A stretch of 64,000 bases of DNA from an uncultured delta proteobacterium (GCA_963823335.1 CAWGLD010000001.1:224001-288000), one strand, 5' to 3'; shown: positions 30,666 to 41,374, numbered from the stretch's first letter. Notes: generated from the letters alone by a model not told the origin. A program made the numbers and translations.

Positions 30666-33389
30666 TCACGACACCGAATCCGCAGATCTCCCCAGGGCCT
30701 CGTTCGATATGGCTTCCTGCTGCTGCTTATATATGGCCGGAAAACCCGTGGCCGGACTTGCCGAAGGTTTTCTGCCCACATAGCGGAGCTTCTTTCCAGT
30801 GATCTTCTCCATACGATTCTGCACAAAAAACCAACCCCCCATATTTTCAGGCTCCTCCTGTACCCAACTGAACCTCTTTGCCTTTTTATAGGGTTTTAGC
30901 ATGGTTTTAATCTGTTTTTCAGGAAAAGGGTAAAACTGCTCCAGACGCAAAATAGCCTTGTTGCTCTCCTTGAGTTCCTTTCGCCGCTGCACAAGCTGGT
31001 AATAGAGTTTCCCGCTGCAGAAAATGATTTCATCCGCTCCTGTATTCAGTTCAGGATCCTTCAGGACCGGTTCAAACCGGTCTGAAACCAGTGCATCGAG
31101 GGTGGAGACAGCCATGGGATGTCTCAAGAGGCTCTTGGGTGTCATCAGTACCAGCGGCTTACGATATGCTTCCATGACCTGGCGCCTCAGGAGGTGAAAA
31201 TACTGGGCCGGGGTCGTAAGATTACACACCTGCATGTTGTCTTCGGCACACAGCTGCAGGAATCGCTCCAGACGTGCGCTGGAATGTTCAGGGCCCAGCC
31301 CTTCCCATCCATGGGGAAGCAGCAGTGTCAATCCACTCAGGCGTTGCCATTTGGATTGCCCGCTGGCGATGAAAAGATCGATAACCCCCTGGGCATTGTT
31401 CGCAAAATCCCCGAACTGCGCTTCCCAGAGCACCAGTGTACTTGGCTGTGTTATGGAATAGCCATATTCAAACCCCAGAACACCGGCCTCTGCCAGAAGA
31501 GAGTTGTAGACCATGAAGGTCGATTGTTTTTTATTCAGATGATTCAAGGGAATGTAGGACTCACCGCTTTTGGCATCGAACAGAACACTGTGCCGTTGGC
31601 TGAAGGTACCCCGGCCCACGTCCTGCCCGCTCAAGCGGATGGGAAAGCCTTCCATGAGCAGCGTAGCAAATGCCATTGTCTCAGCGCTCGACCAGTCGAT
31701 GCCCTGCCCCGATTCCACGGCCGACAGTCGTTTTTCTAGCAGGCGCTGCAACTTCGAGTTCAATGAAAAACCAGCGGGTGGGCTGTTCAGCTTTCTGGCG
31801 ATGTCAATCAGCCCTTTCTTGGGAAAACCCGTCTTGACGCCCTCGAAAGCATAGGTCGACTTGATAGGATCCCAATCTTCGAAATATCGGGATTCCGGGA
31901 AAAGACAGTCTGTTCCGTGAACATCCGCAAAGGCCTTCTCCAGGTTATCGAGAACCTCTTTTTCCAACGAATCCAGATGGCTTTCGTCCACCACGTTTTC
32001 TTCCAGAAGCGTCTCTCCATAAAGAACACGCAGGGACGGGCGTTCTTTGATGCGATCATACATGAGGGGCTGGGTAAAATAAGGTTCATCCCCTTCATTG
32101 TGCCCATACCTGCGATAACAGATCACATCGATGACCACATCCTTGCCGAATCGATGACGATAATCGGCCGCCAGTTTGCCAATATGAACCGCGGCCTCGG
32201 GGTTTTCACCATGCACATGGAAAATAGGCACCATGAGCATTTTGGCGACATCGGTTGAATATCGGGTCGAGCGGGCATCTTCAGGCAGGGTGGTATAACC
32301 GATCTGGTTATTGATAATGATATGGATGGTACCCCCGGTCTTGTAGCCCTTGAGCTGGGACATGTTTAAAGTCTCGGCCACCACGCCCTGCCCGGCAAAA
32401 GCGGCATCGCCGTGAATGAGTACCGGAACCACCGTATTCGTCCCCATATTCGGCAGATCCTGTCTGGCACGGGCAACACCCTCTACCACAGGATCCACGG
32501 CTTCCAGATGGCTGGGGTTGTTCACCAGAAACAACCGCACGTTCTTACCGGTATCCGTCTGAATGTCTGCAAGATAACCATTGTGGTATTTGACATCGCC
32601 GGAACCCATGAGTTGCCCCGGATCATAGCAGCTCTCGAACTCTCTGAAAATTTCCTCATAAGGCTTCCCCAGGATGTGGCTTTGAACATTCAGCCGTCCC
32701 CTGTGGGCCATTCCCAGAATGACTTCCCGGCAGCCGTTTTCGGAAACCTGCCGTACCAGTGTGTCCAGCAGGGGGATCACCACATCCCCACCCTCCAGGG
32801 AAAAACGGGTCACCCCCATGTATTTCTTATTTAAATAGGCTTCAAACAGGGCCGTCTGATAGAGTCGTTTCAAGATGGTCATTTTTTCGGCGCTCTCGAC
32901 TTGCAGCCTGTTCTGAATCGGCTCCATCCGGTCCTGAAGCCAGCGCCGTTCCTCGGGATCCTGAATATGCATGTATTCCACGCCGATCGAACGACAGTAG
33001 GTCTCTTTCAGAAGCAGCAGGATTTCTTTCAGGTTCCCGCCACCGCCCAGGAAGCTCGTCCCAGACACCTGTCTCTCAAAATCCGCTGTTGCCAAACCAA
33101 AACGTTCCAGCGACAGCAACGGATGTTCCATGGGACAAGCCTGCAGGGGGTCCATACATGACAGCATGTGTCCGAGGCAGCGATACCCGAATATCAACTG
33201 TTCGATAGCAGCCAGAAAGGATGGGTGGTCCGCCGTGTCCGTTGTTCCGGACACGAGTCCGCTTGAAAACGCGAGGTCGAAGCCCTTGAAAAACAGCTGC
33301 CAGTCATTTGAAACAGACGCGGGATCCTGTTTCCACTGCTGGTATTGTGATTCAATATAGTCACTATGGTATGTTTCAGGAAAACTCAT
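30666..33389 (-). CDS. sucA: 2-oxoglutarate dehydrogenase E1
   Basis: RFSLEG, GMAHRGRLN, GDVKYH, HGDAAFAGQG, GHNEGDEP, WEAQFGDF. Confidence 0.96.
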   Translation of the reverse strand: MSFPETYHSDYIESQYQQWKQDPASVSNDWQLFFKGFDLAFSSGLVSGTTDTADHPSFLAAIEQLIFGYRCLGHMLSCMDPLQACPMEHPLLSLERFGLATADFERQVSGTSFLGGGGNLKEILLLLKETYCRSIGVEYMHIQDPEERRWLQDRMEPIQNRLQVESAEKMTILKRLYQTALFEAYLNKKYMGVTRFSLEGGDVVIPLLDTLVRQVSENGCREVILGMAHRGRLNVQSHILGKPYEEIFREFESCYDPGQLMGSGDVKYHNGYLADIQTDTGKNVRLFLVNNPSHLEAVDPVVEGVARARQDLPNMGTNTVVPVLIHGDAAFAGQGVVAETLNMSQLKGYKTGGTIHIIINNQIGYTTLPEDARSTRYSTDVAKMLMVPIFHVHGENPEAAVHIGKLAADYRHRFGKDVVIDVICYRRYGHNEGDEPYFTQPLMYDRIKERPSLRVLYGETLLEENVVDESHLDSLEKEVLDNLEKAFADVHGTDCLFPESRYFEDWDPIKSTYAFEGVKTGFPKKGLIDIARKLNSPPAGFSLNSKLQRLLEKRLSAVESGQGIDWSSAETMAFATLLMEGFPIRLSGQDVGRGTFSQRHSVLFDAKSGESYIPLNHLNKKQSTFMVYNSLLAEAGVLGFEYGYSITQPSTLVLWEAQFGDFANNAQGVIDLFIASGQSKWQRLSGLTLLLPHGWEGLGPEHSSARLERFLQLCAEDNMQVCNLTTPAQYFHLLRRQVMEAYRKPLVLMTPKSLLRHPMAVSTLDALVSDRFEPVLKDPELNTGADEIIFCSGKLYYQLVQRRKELKESNKAILRLEQFYPFPEKQIKTMLKPYKKAKRFSWVQEEPENMGGWFFVQNRMEKITGKKLRYVGRKPSASPATGFPAIYKQQQEAISNEALGRSADSVS

Positions 33390-33450
33390 AAATGAGAAAC
33401 TCCTCTCTGATGGCTGAAGTGTTTTACAGTATCACTCTGGCCTTCGCTAT

Positions 33451-34128
33451 TCAAGATACAACTCCTCTAATCTTTTTGATCAACTTGGGGATGAAAAAGG
33501 AAAACACAAACAAGCCAATGGAGAAAAAAAACTTGAATGAAATCAATTCCCCCCAATTTCCGGAAGCCCAGACATCCTTCAGGGTGCCGATGAAAAAAGT
33601 GAAAATAAAGGTGCCGACGATGATACCCAGACCCGTCCCGGACAGATAGTCCCAGAACCGGACCTTTGTCAGCCCCATGCCAAAATTCATGGGGGTAAAC
33701 GGGAAGTAAACCAGCCGCAGGTAAAGGACCGTCTTAAAACCATTGCGCTCGATACCATCATCGTATTTTTGAAATTTGTCACCCACCAGGGATGCCGCAA
33801 ATTCACGCCCAAGGGTCCGGCCGATGCCGAACGCCGCACCGGCACCTATCATGGCGCCGATCCATACCCACAAAAATCCCCAATATGGACCGAATATGGC
33901 CGCCCCGAGACCTGTTAACAGGGACCCTGGAACAAACAGGCAAACGCCGGCAGCATACACACCGATAAATAACAGTGGCCCCCAGAAACCTGCTTTATCA
34001 AGAAGCGCGCCCAGGGACTCCGGTGTCAGGTAGGTCATGACCGGTGTCAGTCGAACCAGCGCAACGGCCGTAAGAATGAAGACCATCAGCAAGAAGATCT
34101 TCAAGGTTACCATATATTTTTTCCCCAT
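33451..34128 (-). CDS. TVP38/TMEM64 (DedA/VTT) membrane protein
   Basis: FVPGS...FG...G, RLVYFPF motif, hydrophobic. Confidence 0.85.
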   Translation of the reverse strand: MGKKYMVTLKIFLLMVFILTAVALVRLTPVMTYLTPESLGALLDKAGFWGPLLFIGVYAAGVCLFVPGSLLTGLGAAIFGPYWGFLWVWIGAMIGAGAAFGIGRTLGREFAASLVGDKFQKYDDGIERNGFKTVLYLRLVYFPFTPMNFGMGLTKVRFWDYLSGTGLGIIVGTFIFTFFIGTLKDVWASGNWGELISFKFFFSIGLFVFSFFIPKLIKKIRGVVS

Positions 34129-34214
34129 CTGTCACCACCATTTCTCTGCTAATCGCTTTAAAAAAGACGCTGTCGCGTTTAATAAAATCGTTACATGCTT
34201 TTATTTTCCTGAAC

Positions 34215-35204
34215 TCAGGGGGTGATAGAGCCCCCTCAGGTAAACCCCGAACCGGCCGTACAGGCGTAGCAGTGGTCAGCCGTCGCAATGATATCACCGG
34301 CTTCGGGTCGTCCCTCCATTTCAGACACATGGGTTTTTCCAGCGCCCATGTGAATACCCCGGGCCAGATTAAAATCACAATCGTACAGATACCCATCCCA
34401 TGAGACGGATACCATGGTTCTGCACATGACATCTGACAGAGCACACGGGTTAAAGCTCGAGGCCAGTTTTTCCATATACAGGGCAAAATTACCCGACTGC
34501 AAAAGCCACTCACGGTAACGGCCCAGAGGAACGTTGGCAAAACTGAACAGGTTATTGAAACAAATCCCCCAGTTTTTCTCCAGAATCCGTCTGAATCGCT
34601 GCTCCGCCTGGTCCTGTGGAGCGGGCATAAATGCACCGGATGGGTTTGACACCAGGTTCAGCTCCAGACCGGAACCCTCTTTGCCATACCCCAGCCGGTT
34701 CAATTTCAGCAGGGCTTCGATGCTGATGTCGAAAATGCCCTTTCCCCGCTGGGATTCGGTCTGGGATGCATTCAGGGAGGGAAGTGACGCTACCACCACA
34801 ACCTGGTTGGCCTTCAGGCTCTGCATCAAACCTTCCATTTTTGAGCGGTTCAGTGCTGAAAGGTTGGATCGGAACATCACGCGCGGTACCAGTGCCGCCA
34901 TCTGCTCGATAAGCGCTTGCACATGGGGGTTCAGTTCCGGCGCCCCGCCTGTGATGTCGATCACATCAAAATGACTGCGCCGGGCATAGTCCACCACGGC
35001 CAGCATCGTCTCCCCGGTCATGCTCTCCGTTCGATCAGGTCCGGCATCCAGGTGACAGTGTCGACATTTTTGATTGCACAGTAAACCCACATTTATCTGC
35101 AAGGTGCGTGTCTGGTTACGTCTCAGCTTGAGCCCGTGGCTCGAAAGCATCAGATGAAACGGGTCAATTTGGGCTTCGGATATTATTTGCTCTTGTTCCA
35201 ACAC
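34215..35204 (-). CDS. ArsS-like radical SAM (seleno)protein; UGA at 34236-34238 probably Sec, C-terminus ...CYACTAGSGFT-U-GGSITP
   Basis: LQINVGLLCNQKCRHC rSAM motif, DITGGAPE, YDCDFN. The TGA falls where this family has (C/U)GG and is followed by GG. Confidence 0.82.
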
Positions 35205-35341
35205 GTCGATAATATTCCTTTCAAACGAATAGTAGCTTAAAAATACCAGACCCTACGACGCTCGTTCTGTAACCGAATTTCTCAATTCCCGTTGAACTTG
35301 TAGCGGCAACGCCGCGTATTAAACATTCGTTAGGCGAATGT

Positions 35342-35674
35342 TTACATGGACAGCTTTTCCGCAATATTGCGTGCCTGAATACCGTGTACAAGGGACGCCC
35401 CCCCGCGAATGGCAGTTGCCACGTGAACCGCCTCTGTCATCTCTCCCATGTTCGATCCCCTTTCCAGACATTTCTGGGTAAAGGAATCGATGCAGTAAGG
35501 GCACTGAATGGCGTGCGCCACGGCCAGTGCGATCAGAGATTTTTCTCTGAGGGTCAATTCGCCTTCCGAAAAAACCTCGTTATAATACTCAAAATATTTT
35601 TTGGCCATCTGAGGTGCTTCTTTGCCTATTTCACCGAATTTCGGCAGATCTTCGCGTTTGTAGTACTCTTCCAT
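35342..35674 (-). CDS. AhpD/CMD-family peroxidase-like protein associated with the seleno-rSAM
   Basis: REKSLIALAV..IQCPYCID, RGGASLVHG. Confidence 0.88.
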   Translation of the reverse strand: MEEYYKREDLPKFGEIGKEAPQMAKKYFEYYNEVFSEGELTLREKSLIALAVAHAIQCPYCIDSFTQKCLERGSNMGEMTEAVHVATAIRGGASLVHGIQARNIAEKLSM

Positions 35675-35756
35675 TCCCTTCTCCCCTTTTTTTACCAGTG
35701 AGTCCCTTCACTGACAACTGGCATAACCCTTTGATAAATAAGTCTTGAGATGATCT

Positions 35757-35901
35757 TAGACTCTATCTCAACATAAAGATTTTGGCTCAATATCAAGGCG
35801 GGGCAGAATTTCAACCCGCAGACATACTCAAGTATGTCGAGGACTTGAAACGAGGGCTCAACACCGAGATTGGGCCAAAAGATTATGTTGAGATGATTCT
35901 A
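35757..35901 (+). mobile_element. MITE-like long hairpin element (copy B)
   Basis: TAGACTCTATCTCAACATAA / TTATGTTGAGATGATTCTA; AAGGC...AACACC. Confidence 0.78.
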
Positions 35902-37359
35902 GTCTTCTCGCAGCGAGCACGCCCGCCCCTTCAACTGAAAAAAGAACTTCAAACCTTTCTGTACTTTTTCCGAAAATATCTTGGGTGAAAAAAAGCTGCC
36001 GGCAACCCTCTTGTTGATCTCACCCATGGTTGGATAGGGATGGACAGCTGCCGCCAGTGTAGACAATTTCACTTTTCCATTCAGAATCGCCACCCATTCA
36101 CTCAGCAGGTCACCTGCCCTGGGCCCCAGGATCTGAACACCGAGGGGCTTTTCCCTGGCATCGAGAATCATTTTTACACATCCGCTTGTTTCATCCTCGG
36201 CCAGACTCCTGTCATTGTCTTTGAACTCCTCCCTCCAGACGGTGTAGTCAAGCCCCTTGGACGCGGCTGTCTTTTCATTCATGCCGATGCTGGCAAGTTC
36301 AGGGTCGGTATAGGTGCACCAGGGCAGATAGGTATAGTCGGCTTTTCGCGGCAGTCGAAAGATTGCATTGCTCACGACAATACCCCCTTCATAACCGGCG
36401 GCATGCGTAAACTGGAACCCGCCGCTCACATCCCCCGCAGCATAGATATGCTTATGACTGGTACGCATCCGGCTATCCACAGTGATACCATACCGATTAT
36501 ATGTCACACCGATGTCATCGAGACCCAGGTTTTGTACGTTGGGTGTCCGGCCCATGGCCACGAGGATCTCTTCCGCGTTCAGAACTTTGCTCTCGCCGGT
36601 CCTGTCTTGTATCTTGATAGACTTTTGTCCCCCGGTTTCAAGGACCTGCTCAATGGACGCTTCCAGAAAAAAATTCACACCCTCATCTTGCATGACCGAT
36701 ACCAGCATGTCAGCCATGTCCTTGTCTTCCTTCCCCAGAATCTGATCAGACCGGTCCACCACGGTCACCTTGGTTCCCAGGCGGTTGAATGCCTGGGCCA
36801 TTTCGATACCGATGGGTCCCCCACCCAAAATGACCATGCTTTCCGGGAGGTGATCCAGGGAAAAAATCTCCCGGTTGGTCAAAAACGTTGTGTCGAACAA
36901 ACCGGGTATGGGTGGTACCGCGGGCGACGAGCCGGTAGCGATGACCCAGTATTTAGCGGATTGCCGCTTCCCGTCCAGGTCGATGGTATGTTCGTCCATA
37001 AAAACGGCTTGGCCGAAAACAACCTTGGCTCCCAATCCGCAAAACCGGGCTTCCGAGTCATGCTGCTGGATGGTTGCGATAACCTTCCGGATGCGTTTGG
37101 CAACCTGCCTGAAATCAACCGGCGGGATACTGGCCTTGGGCAGACCGAATCTTTGGGCGTGCTGCATCAGATGATAAACGTGAGCCGAATGGATCAGGGT
37201 TTTACTCGGAACACACCCGAAATGAAGGCAATCCCCCCCCAAGGACGGCTCTTTCTCGATCAACAGCACCTTGGCACCCAGCTGGGCAGCGCCCGAGGCA
37301 ACCGTCAAACCGGCAGCACCACCACCGATAATGCCGATATCATAATCAAAGTCAGCCAT
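35899..37359 (-). CDS. Pyridine nucleotide-disulfide oxidoreductase (MerA/Lpd-like, no MerA C-terminal CC)
   Basis: GGGAAG, GGDCLHFGCVPSK, FTHAA, HPYPT. Confidence 0.85.
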   Translation of the reverse strand: MADFDYDIGIIGGGAAGLTVASGAAQLGAKVLLIEKEPSLGGDCLHFGCVPSKTLIHSAHVYHLMQHAQRFGLPKASIPPVDFRQVAKRIRKVIATIQQHDSEARFCGLGAKVVFGQAVFMDEHTIDLDGKRQSAKYWVIATGSSPAVPPIPGLFDTTFLTNREIFSLDHLPESMVILGGGPIGIEMAQAFNRLGTKVTVVDRSDQILGKEDKDMADMLVSVMQDEGVNFFLEASIEQVLETGGQKSIKIQDRTGESKVLNAEEILVAMGRTPNVQNLGLDDIGVTYNRYGITVDSRMRTSHKHIYAAGDVSGGFQFTHAAGYEGGIVVSNAIFRLPRKADYTYLPWCTYTDPELASIGMNEKTAASKGLDYTVWREEFKDNDRSLAEDETSGCVKMILDAREKPLGVQILGPRAGDLLSEWVAILNGKVKLSTLAAAVHPYPTMGEINKRVAGSFFSPKIFSEKVQKGLKFFFQLKGRACSLRED

Positions 37360-37584
37360 ATACGCCTCCCATCATTTCGTTGGATATGTTCACACTTTCG
37401 TCCACAAGAACACGGATGGTGTAATTTTTTTGTATCGCATTTACTTGAATTACTTTCTATCCTTGAAGCTGTCAGCCCCCTTCCAATCCTTGTATCACCC
37501 TCGGACCCTCAAACCCTTTTATTTTATATGTCGTAACACAGACCAAACCCTTACATGCAAATGTATTTAGAAGCTATTTATGGA

Positions 37585-37815
37585 TCAGGTATCATCATCT
37601 CTCCGGGGCCACGCCACATTCTTACGCTCTTCCACAAAATAACAAAAACGGTTCCATTCAAACGTCTTCAGGCTGATGGGACATTCAAGCGTGATTTTTC
37701 GATCCGTCATACCCACAACTTTCCAGTCACCCTTGCGCGGACCGTTTTCAATATAGATTTTCTGACCTACGGCAAAATCATAGGGTCTGAATATCGTGAC
37801 CGTCTCTTTCTCCAT
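37585..37815 (-). CDS. Hypothetical protein (76 aa), last gene of the ior operon
   Basis: Start overlaps the iorB stop; GGAG upstream. Confidence 0.65.
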   Translation of the reverse strand: MEKETVTIFRPYDFAVGQKIYIENGPRKGDWKVVGMTDRKITLECPISLKTFEWNRFCYFVEERKNVAWPRRDDDT

Positions 37816-38387
37816 TACACTCCCCCCTTAAAAAGTTTCAGGTTCCGTTCCAATGCACTCCCCTGAAGCAGATCTTCCATTGCATTCCTATAATGTATCT
37901 CCTGGATACCCGCTATCAACTCATTTTTATGGATCGTGGACAGAACTGCGGTGTTCTGCATCCGGATGTCTTCCAGGTCTGGATGAAAAACGACATAGTC
38001 CGTGATATCCCGTGCCCGGCATACGCGCTGAATATCCGAAACCTGTATCTCTGCCGAATGGTTCAAACGAACATCCAGGGGTTGCCAGACCGTGTCGTAG
38101 TACACCAGGGTTCCGCCATCCCTGGCTGCGGTTTTCAATCCACGTAATGCTTCATGACGCTCCAGGGCAACGACCAGGTCCGCCTGCCCTCTCTGTATAA
38201 GCGGAGAGAACACGTTGTCCCCCAGACGCAGTTGGGACACCACCACACCACCCCTCTGAGCCAGACCGTGAGTATCCACAGCCTTGACCCGAAAACCGGC
38301 ATAATCGGCCGCCCTCAGGAGAACTTCGCTTAAAAGACCGACCCCCTGCCCTCCGACTCCTATTAAGAAAATATTAAATGGTTTCAT
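37815..38387 (-). CDS. iorB: Indolepyruvate:ferredoxin oxidoreductase beta subunit
   Basis: GVGGQG, HGLAQRGG.V motif; downstream of iorA. Confidence 0.88.
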   Translation of the reverse strand: MKPFNIFLIGVGGQGVGLLSEVLLRAADYAGFRVKAVDTHGLAQRGGVVVSQLRLGDNVFSPLIQRGQADLVVALERHEALRGLKTAARDGGTLVYYDTVWQPLDVRLNHSAEIQVSDIQRVCRARDITDYVVFHPDLEDIRMQNTAVLSTIHKNELIAGIQEIHYRNAMEDLLQGSALERNLKLFKGGV

Positions 38388-38602
38388 GAGATATTCCCTG
38401 ATGGCTTCATTTAAACGATGTAATTGCAGGGCAAGTATTACATGACAGACGCTTTAAACTGTGAGCCAATAGCCATAAGCTGTAAGCGCTAAGCTTTTAA
38501 AAACAAACAGCATAAGGCGGTCTGCACACCCTCGAATCCTTGACTCCTTGGCCCCTCGAACCCCTATTAGTCTTTTAGGGGCCTATCGCTGTCAGCCACC
38601 CC

Positions 38603-38671
38603 CCAACCCTTGTATCACCCTCGAACCCTTGTATCACCCTCCAACCCTTGTATCACCCTCCAACCCTTGTA
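38603..38671. repeat. 19-nt tandem repeat, about 3.6 copies
   Basis: C(C/G)AACCCTTGTATCACCCT units; related single copies near 30622, 37485 and 57437 (reverse). Confidence 0.85.
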
Positions 38672-38684
38672 CCCTATTTATAAA

Positions 38685-40556
38685 TCACCTGGGCTTCTCG
38701 ATAGCCTGGGTGGGGCATGTCTGGAGACATGACCCATCACCGATACAGAGGTCCTGGTTGATGGTCACCTTCCCATCCTTGTGTCTGGTAAATGTCGGGC
38801 ACCCGAAGGATGCCACACACACGTGTGCCTGGTCACACAATTCCTGATCGATATGAACCTGTTTGGCCTGATAGCCGGGCTTTCTCCGTGCTTCCCGCGT
38901 GAATTTCAGCATACACGGATGTCTTGCGATTACCACACTGAATTCCGGATTCTCCAATGCTGTTTTTACCATTTCCGTCAACTTTGATTGCTGATATGTA
39001 TCGACTTCGTAGAGATGTTTTACACCGAGACCTTCCAACACCTGCCGCACCGGAATCTTGTCCGTGGGGCCGTTGAAATTTTGCCCCGCTGCCGCATGGT
39101 CCTGTTGACCGGTCATGGCCGTGGTACCATTTTCCATGAGAATCAAGGTGATGGGATGCTGGTTGAAAATGGAATTGAGAATACCCGGCAAGCCTGCATG
39201 AAAAAGGGTCGAGTCGCCCATGAAAACGACGACCTTTCTCGAAACGTTGAAAAGAGAGAGACCGGAACCAATACCCGGAGAGGCACCCATGCACATCATG
39301 ATCTGGCCCATCTCGTATGGAGGCAGATACCCCAGAGTGTGACAACCGATATCGGCAACCGTAATATCCTGACTGGAAAGGGCTTTTTTGATGGCATGAA
39401 ATGCGCTGCGATGACCGCACCCCGGACACATCTGGGGAGGACGCTCCAATACCACCTCCGGTAAAACAGCTTCCGGGTTTCTGGTGTCAAGCATGTCGGG
39501 CCAGGTGTCGGTCAACACGTCCTGGACTCTGTCCGAGGTGTATTCCCCGATCCATGCCTCAGGATCCATCTTGCCTATAATACGAGTTGTCAAGCCGGCA
39601 TCATAGGCCAGGGCCTTGACCTCTTTTTCCAGAAGATTGTCCAATTCCTCCAGTATTTTCACCTCATCATGGGTCTTCACAAACGCTTCAACAATTTTAC
39701 CGGGAATCGGGTGAACAAACCCAAGCTTCAGGATATCCGGTTTCTCGCTCACTTTTTCCAGGACATCCATCAGGGACAGAGATGGAAGCCCCATGGTAAT
39801 AATACCCCTGCGCTGGTTGTGGTTGTCAACCAGCTGGTTAAGATTCGATTCATTGGCGACCATTTCGATCTGCCCCAGTTTACGAAGGGCCGCCCTTTTT
39901 CTGCTCAAGGCCTCCTGGGTAATCGGAATATGGGGGCCGCCGGTCACATCAAAACGAGGTGTATCATCCGGCTGTGTCGGCCTGAATGCGGAAAATGCCA
40001 CTTTCTCTTTTGCGTGGCAGACATGGGTCGTGAGCCGTAAAATGATTGGCATGTGATACCTGCGGGACAATCTTGCCGCTTCCTTGTAAAAAATATACCC
40101 TTCCGAAGGACTCGATGGCTCCAGCACCGGTGTGTAGCTCATCTGAGCAAAATGTCGATTGTCCTGTTCGTTCTGGGAGGAATTTGCACCAGGGTCATCA
40201 CCCAGTACCACCACCATCCCGCCAAGGATGTTCATGAGGCTGAGTTGAACCAGGGTGTCGGAAGCCACATTCAAGCCTACGCTTTTGAAGAAAACAGTGG
40301 ACAAATGCCCATTGATGGCGGCACCGAACGCCACTTCCGTGGCAACTTTTTCATTGATCGAAAATTCAAAATAGAAAGGTCGATCAGGCTTGGGTATGGA
40401 TTTGATGGCTGTGGCGATTTCAGGCGTAGGCGATCCAGGATAAGACGTGACCACCCGCGTGCCCGCCTCAATCATCGCGCGAACAAGAGCTGTATTGCCC
40501 ATGACGATTTCTTCAAATGGTCCTTCTCTCATCAACATGGCGCCCATATGTTTCAT
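38685..40556 (-). CDS. iorA: Indolepyruvate:ferredoxin oxidoreductase alpha subunit
   Basis: YPGSP, NEKVA, CPGCGHR, DIGC, GDSTLFHAG, TAMTGQQ, C-terminal ferredoxin. Confidence 0.9.
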   Translation of the reverse strand: MKHMGAMLMREGPFEEIVMGNTALVRAMIEAGTRVVTSYPGSPTPEIATAIKSIPKPDRPFYFEFSINEKVATEVAFGAAINGHLSTVFFKSVGLNVASDTLVQLSLMNILGGMVVVLGDDPGANSSQNEQDNRHFAQMSYTPVLEPSSPSEGYIFYKEAARLSRRYHMPIILRLTTHVCHAKEKVAFSAFRPTQPDDTPRFDVTGGPHIPITQEALSRKRAALRKLGQIEMVANESNLNQLVDNHNQRRGIITMGLPSLSLMDVLEKVSEKPDILKLGFVHPIPGKIVEAFVKTHDEVKILEELDNLLEKEVKALAYDAGLTTRIIGKMDPEAWIGEYTSDRVQDVLTDTWPDMLDTRNPEAVLPEVVLERPPQMCPGCGHRSAFHAIKKALSSQDITVADIGCHTLGYLPPYEMGQIMMCMGASPGIGSGLSLFNVSRKVVVFMGDSTLFHAGLPGILNSIFNQHPITLILMENGTTAMTGQQDHAAAGQNFNGPTDKIPVRQVLEGLGVKHLYEVDTYQQSKLTEMVKTALENPEFSVVIARHPCMLKFTREARRKPGYQAKQVHIDQELCDQAHVCVASFGCPTFTRHKDGKVTINQDLCIGDGSCLQTCPTQAIEKPR

Positions 40557-40741
40557 GATATCAGCTCCTAAAGAGTGTGATTACGCTAAGTCCCCACAAT
40601 ATTGTTGCATTATTTAAAATAATATTTAAAATTAAGTAATGAATAAAATCGTTATACGATTTTATTTGAACGCGACGTTGTCGCTTTAACATTGTTTTTC
40701 CCCGAGCAACGGGAAAAAACAATGATAACGGAGGTTCTGGT

Positions 40742-41374
40742 ATGACTGTCAATAAAGAATGGACCATGGATGCTACCCTGCCCCAAACAAGCTCATCCGA
40801 CTTGCGAGGTCGGCAATCGGTTCGGGCGACCTTTAAGCTGACCGAGGTATGTATCGGTGCCATCAGTATTGTCGCAACCCATCTGGGGATCAAGCAAAAA
40901 TCTCTATTCGACCATCTTGTGGAAGACATGAGTTCCCTGAAAGCCATCGCCCGCGAATTGAAAAATACCAACGTTCACGCTCAGAACCGAATCCAAAAAA
41001 CATTTGTGATCAGCCGCAAATCCCTTCACTCCCTTGAAACCGTGTCCAAAAGCCACAATGCTCCGCGCGACGCCCTGGTTGAATTTTCCGTCCAGAGGTT
41101 GCTACCCATTATCGTCAATGAGCAACAAAGACACCAGACCCGAAAAATAATACGCAACGAAATTGTAGCGCACTTCAAGACCGGAAAAACGCTCCTGGCC
41201 AGGATCAGGAGTGCCCTGGGCACGGAAGATCCCGTTTTCAACAGGATGTCCGCTCTAATGACGAACTATGACAACACGTTTGCAGCGATTGACGCCTTTA
41301 TTGAACGAGGCAAATTAATCGAAGACTTCGATCCGGAGATGCTGAAGCAGATGATCGAAACCCTCGATGGATAG
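40742..41374 (+). CDS. Hypothetical protein, possibly tandem ribbon-helix-helix
   Basis: GGAGG RBS; two beta-helix-helix-like segments (VRATFKL... and IQKTFVI...). Confidence 0.7.
   Translation: MTVNKEWTMDATLPQTSSSDLRGRQSVRATFKLTEVCIGAISIVATHLGIKQKSLFDHLVEDMSSLKAIARELKNTNVHAQNRIQKTFVISRKSLHSLETVSKSHNAPRDALVEFSVQRLLPIIVNEQQRHQTRKIIRNEIVAHFKTGKTLLARIRSALGTEDPVFNRMSALMTNYDNTFAAIDAFIERGKLIEDFDPEMLKQMIETLDG

Noticed and set aside
34215-34217. Second Sec at the following in-frame TGA of the rSAM gene
   Set aside because: Not at a recognisable conserved Cys position; the family ends shortly after (C/U)GG, so it is treated as the stop.
35899-37359. Mercuric reductase merA
   Set aside because: No C-terminal Cys-Cys pair, no NmerA domain and no mer operon context.
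36040-37536. Long antisense ORFs (498 aa here; also 1533-2579, 13799-14743, 24742-25605, 48460-49293)
   Set aside because: Shadows of well-supported genes on the opposite strand, with no recognisable motifs.
38603-38671. Possible CRISPR array
   Set aside because: The 19-nt units are head-to-tail with no unique spacers, and there are no cas genes in the window.
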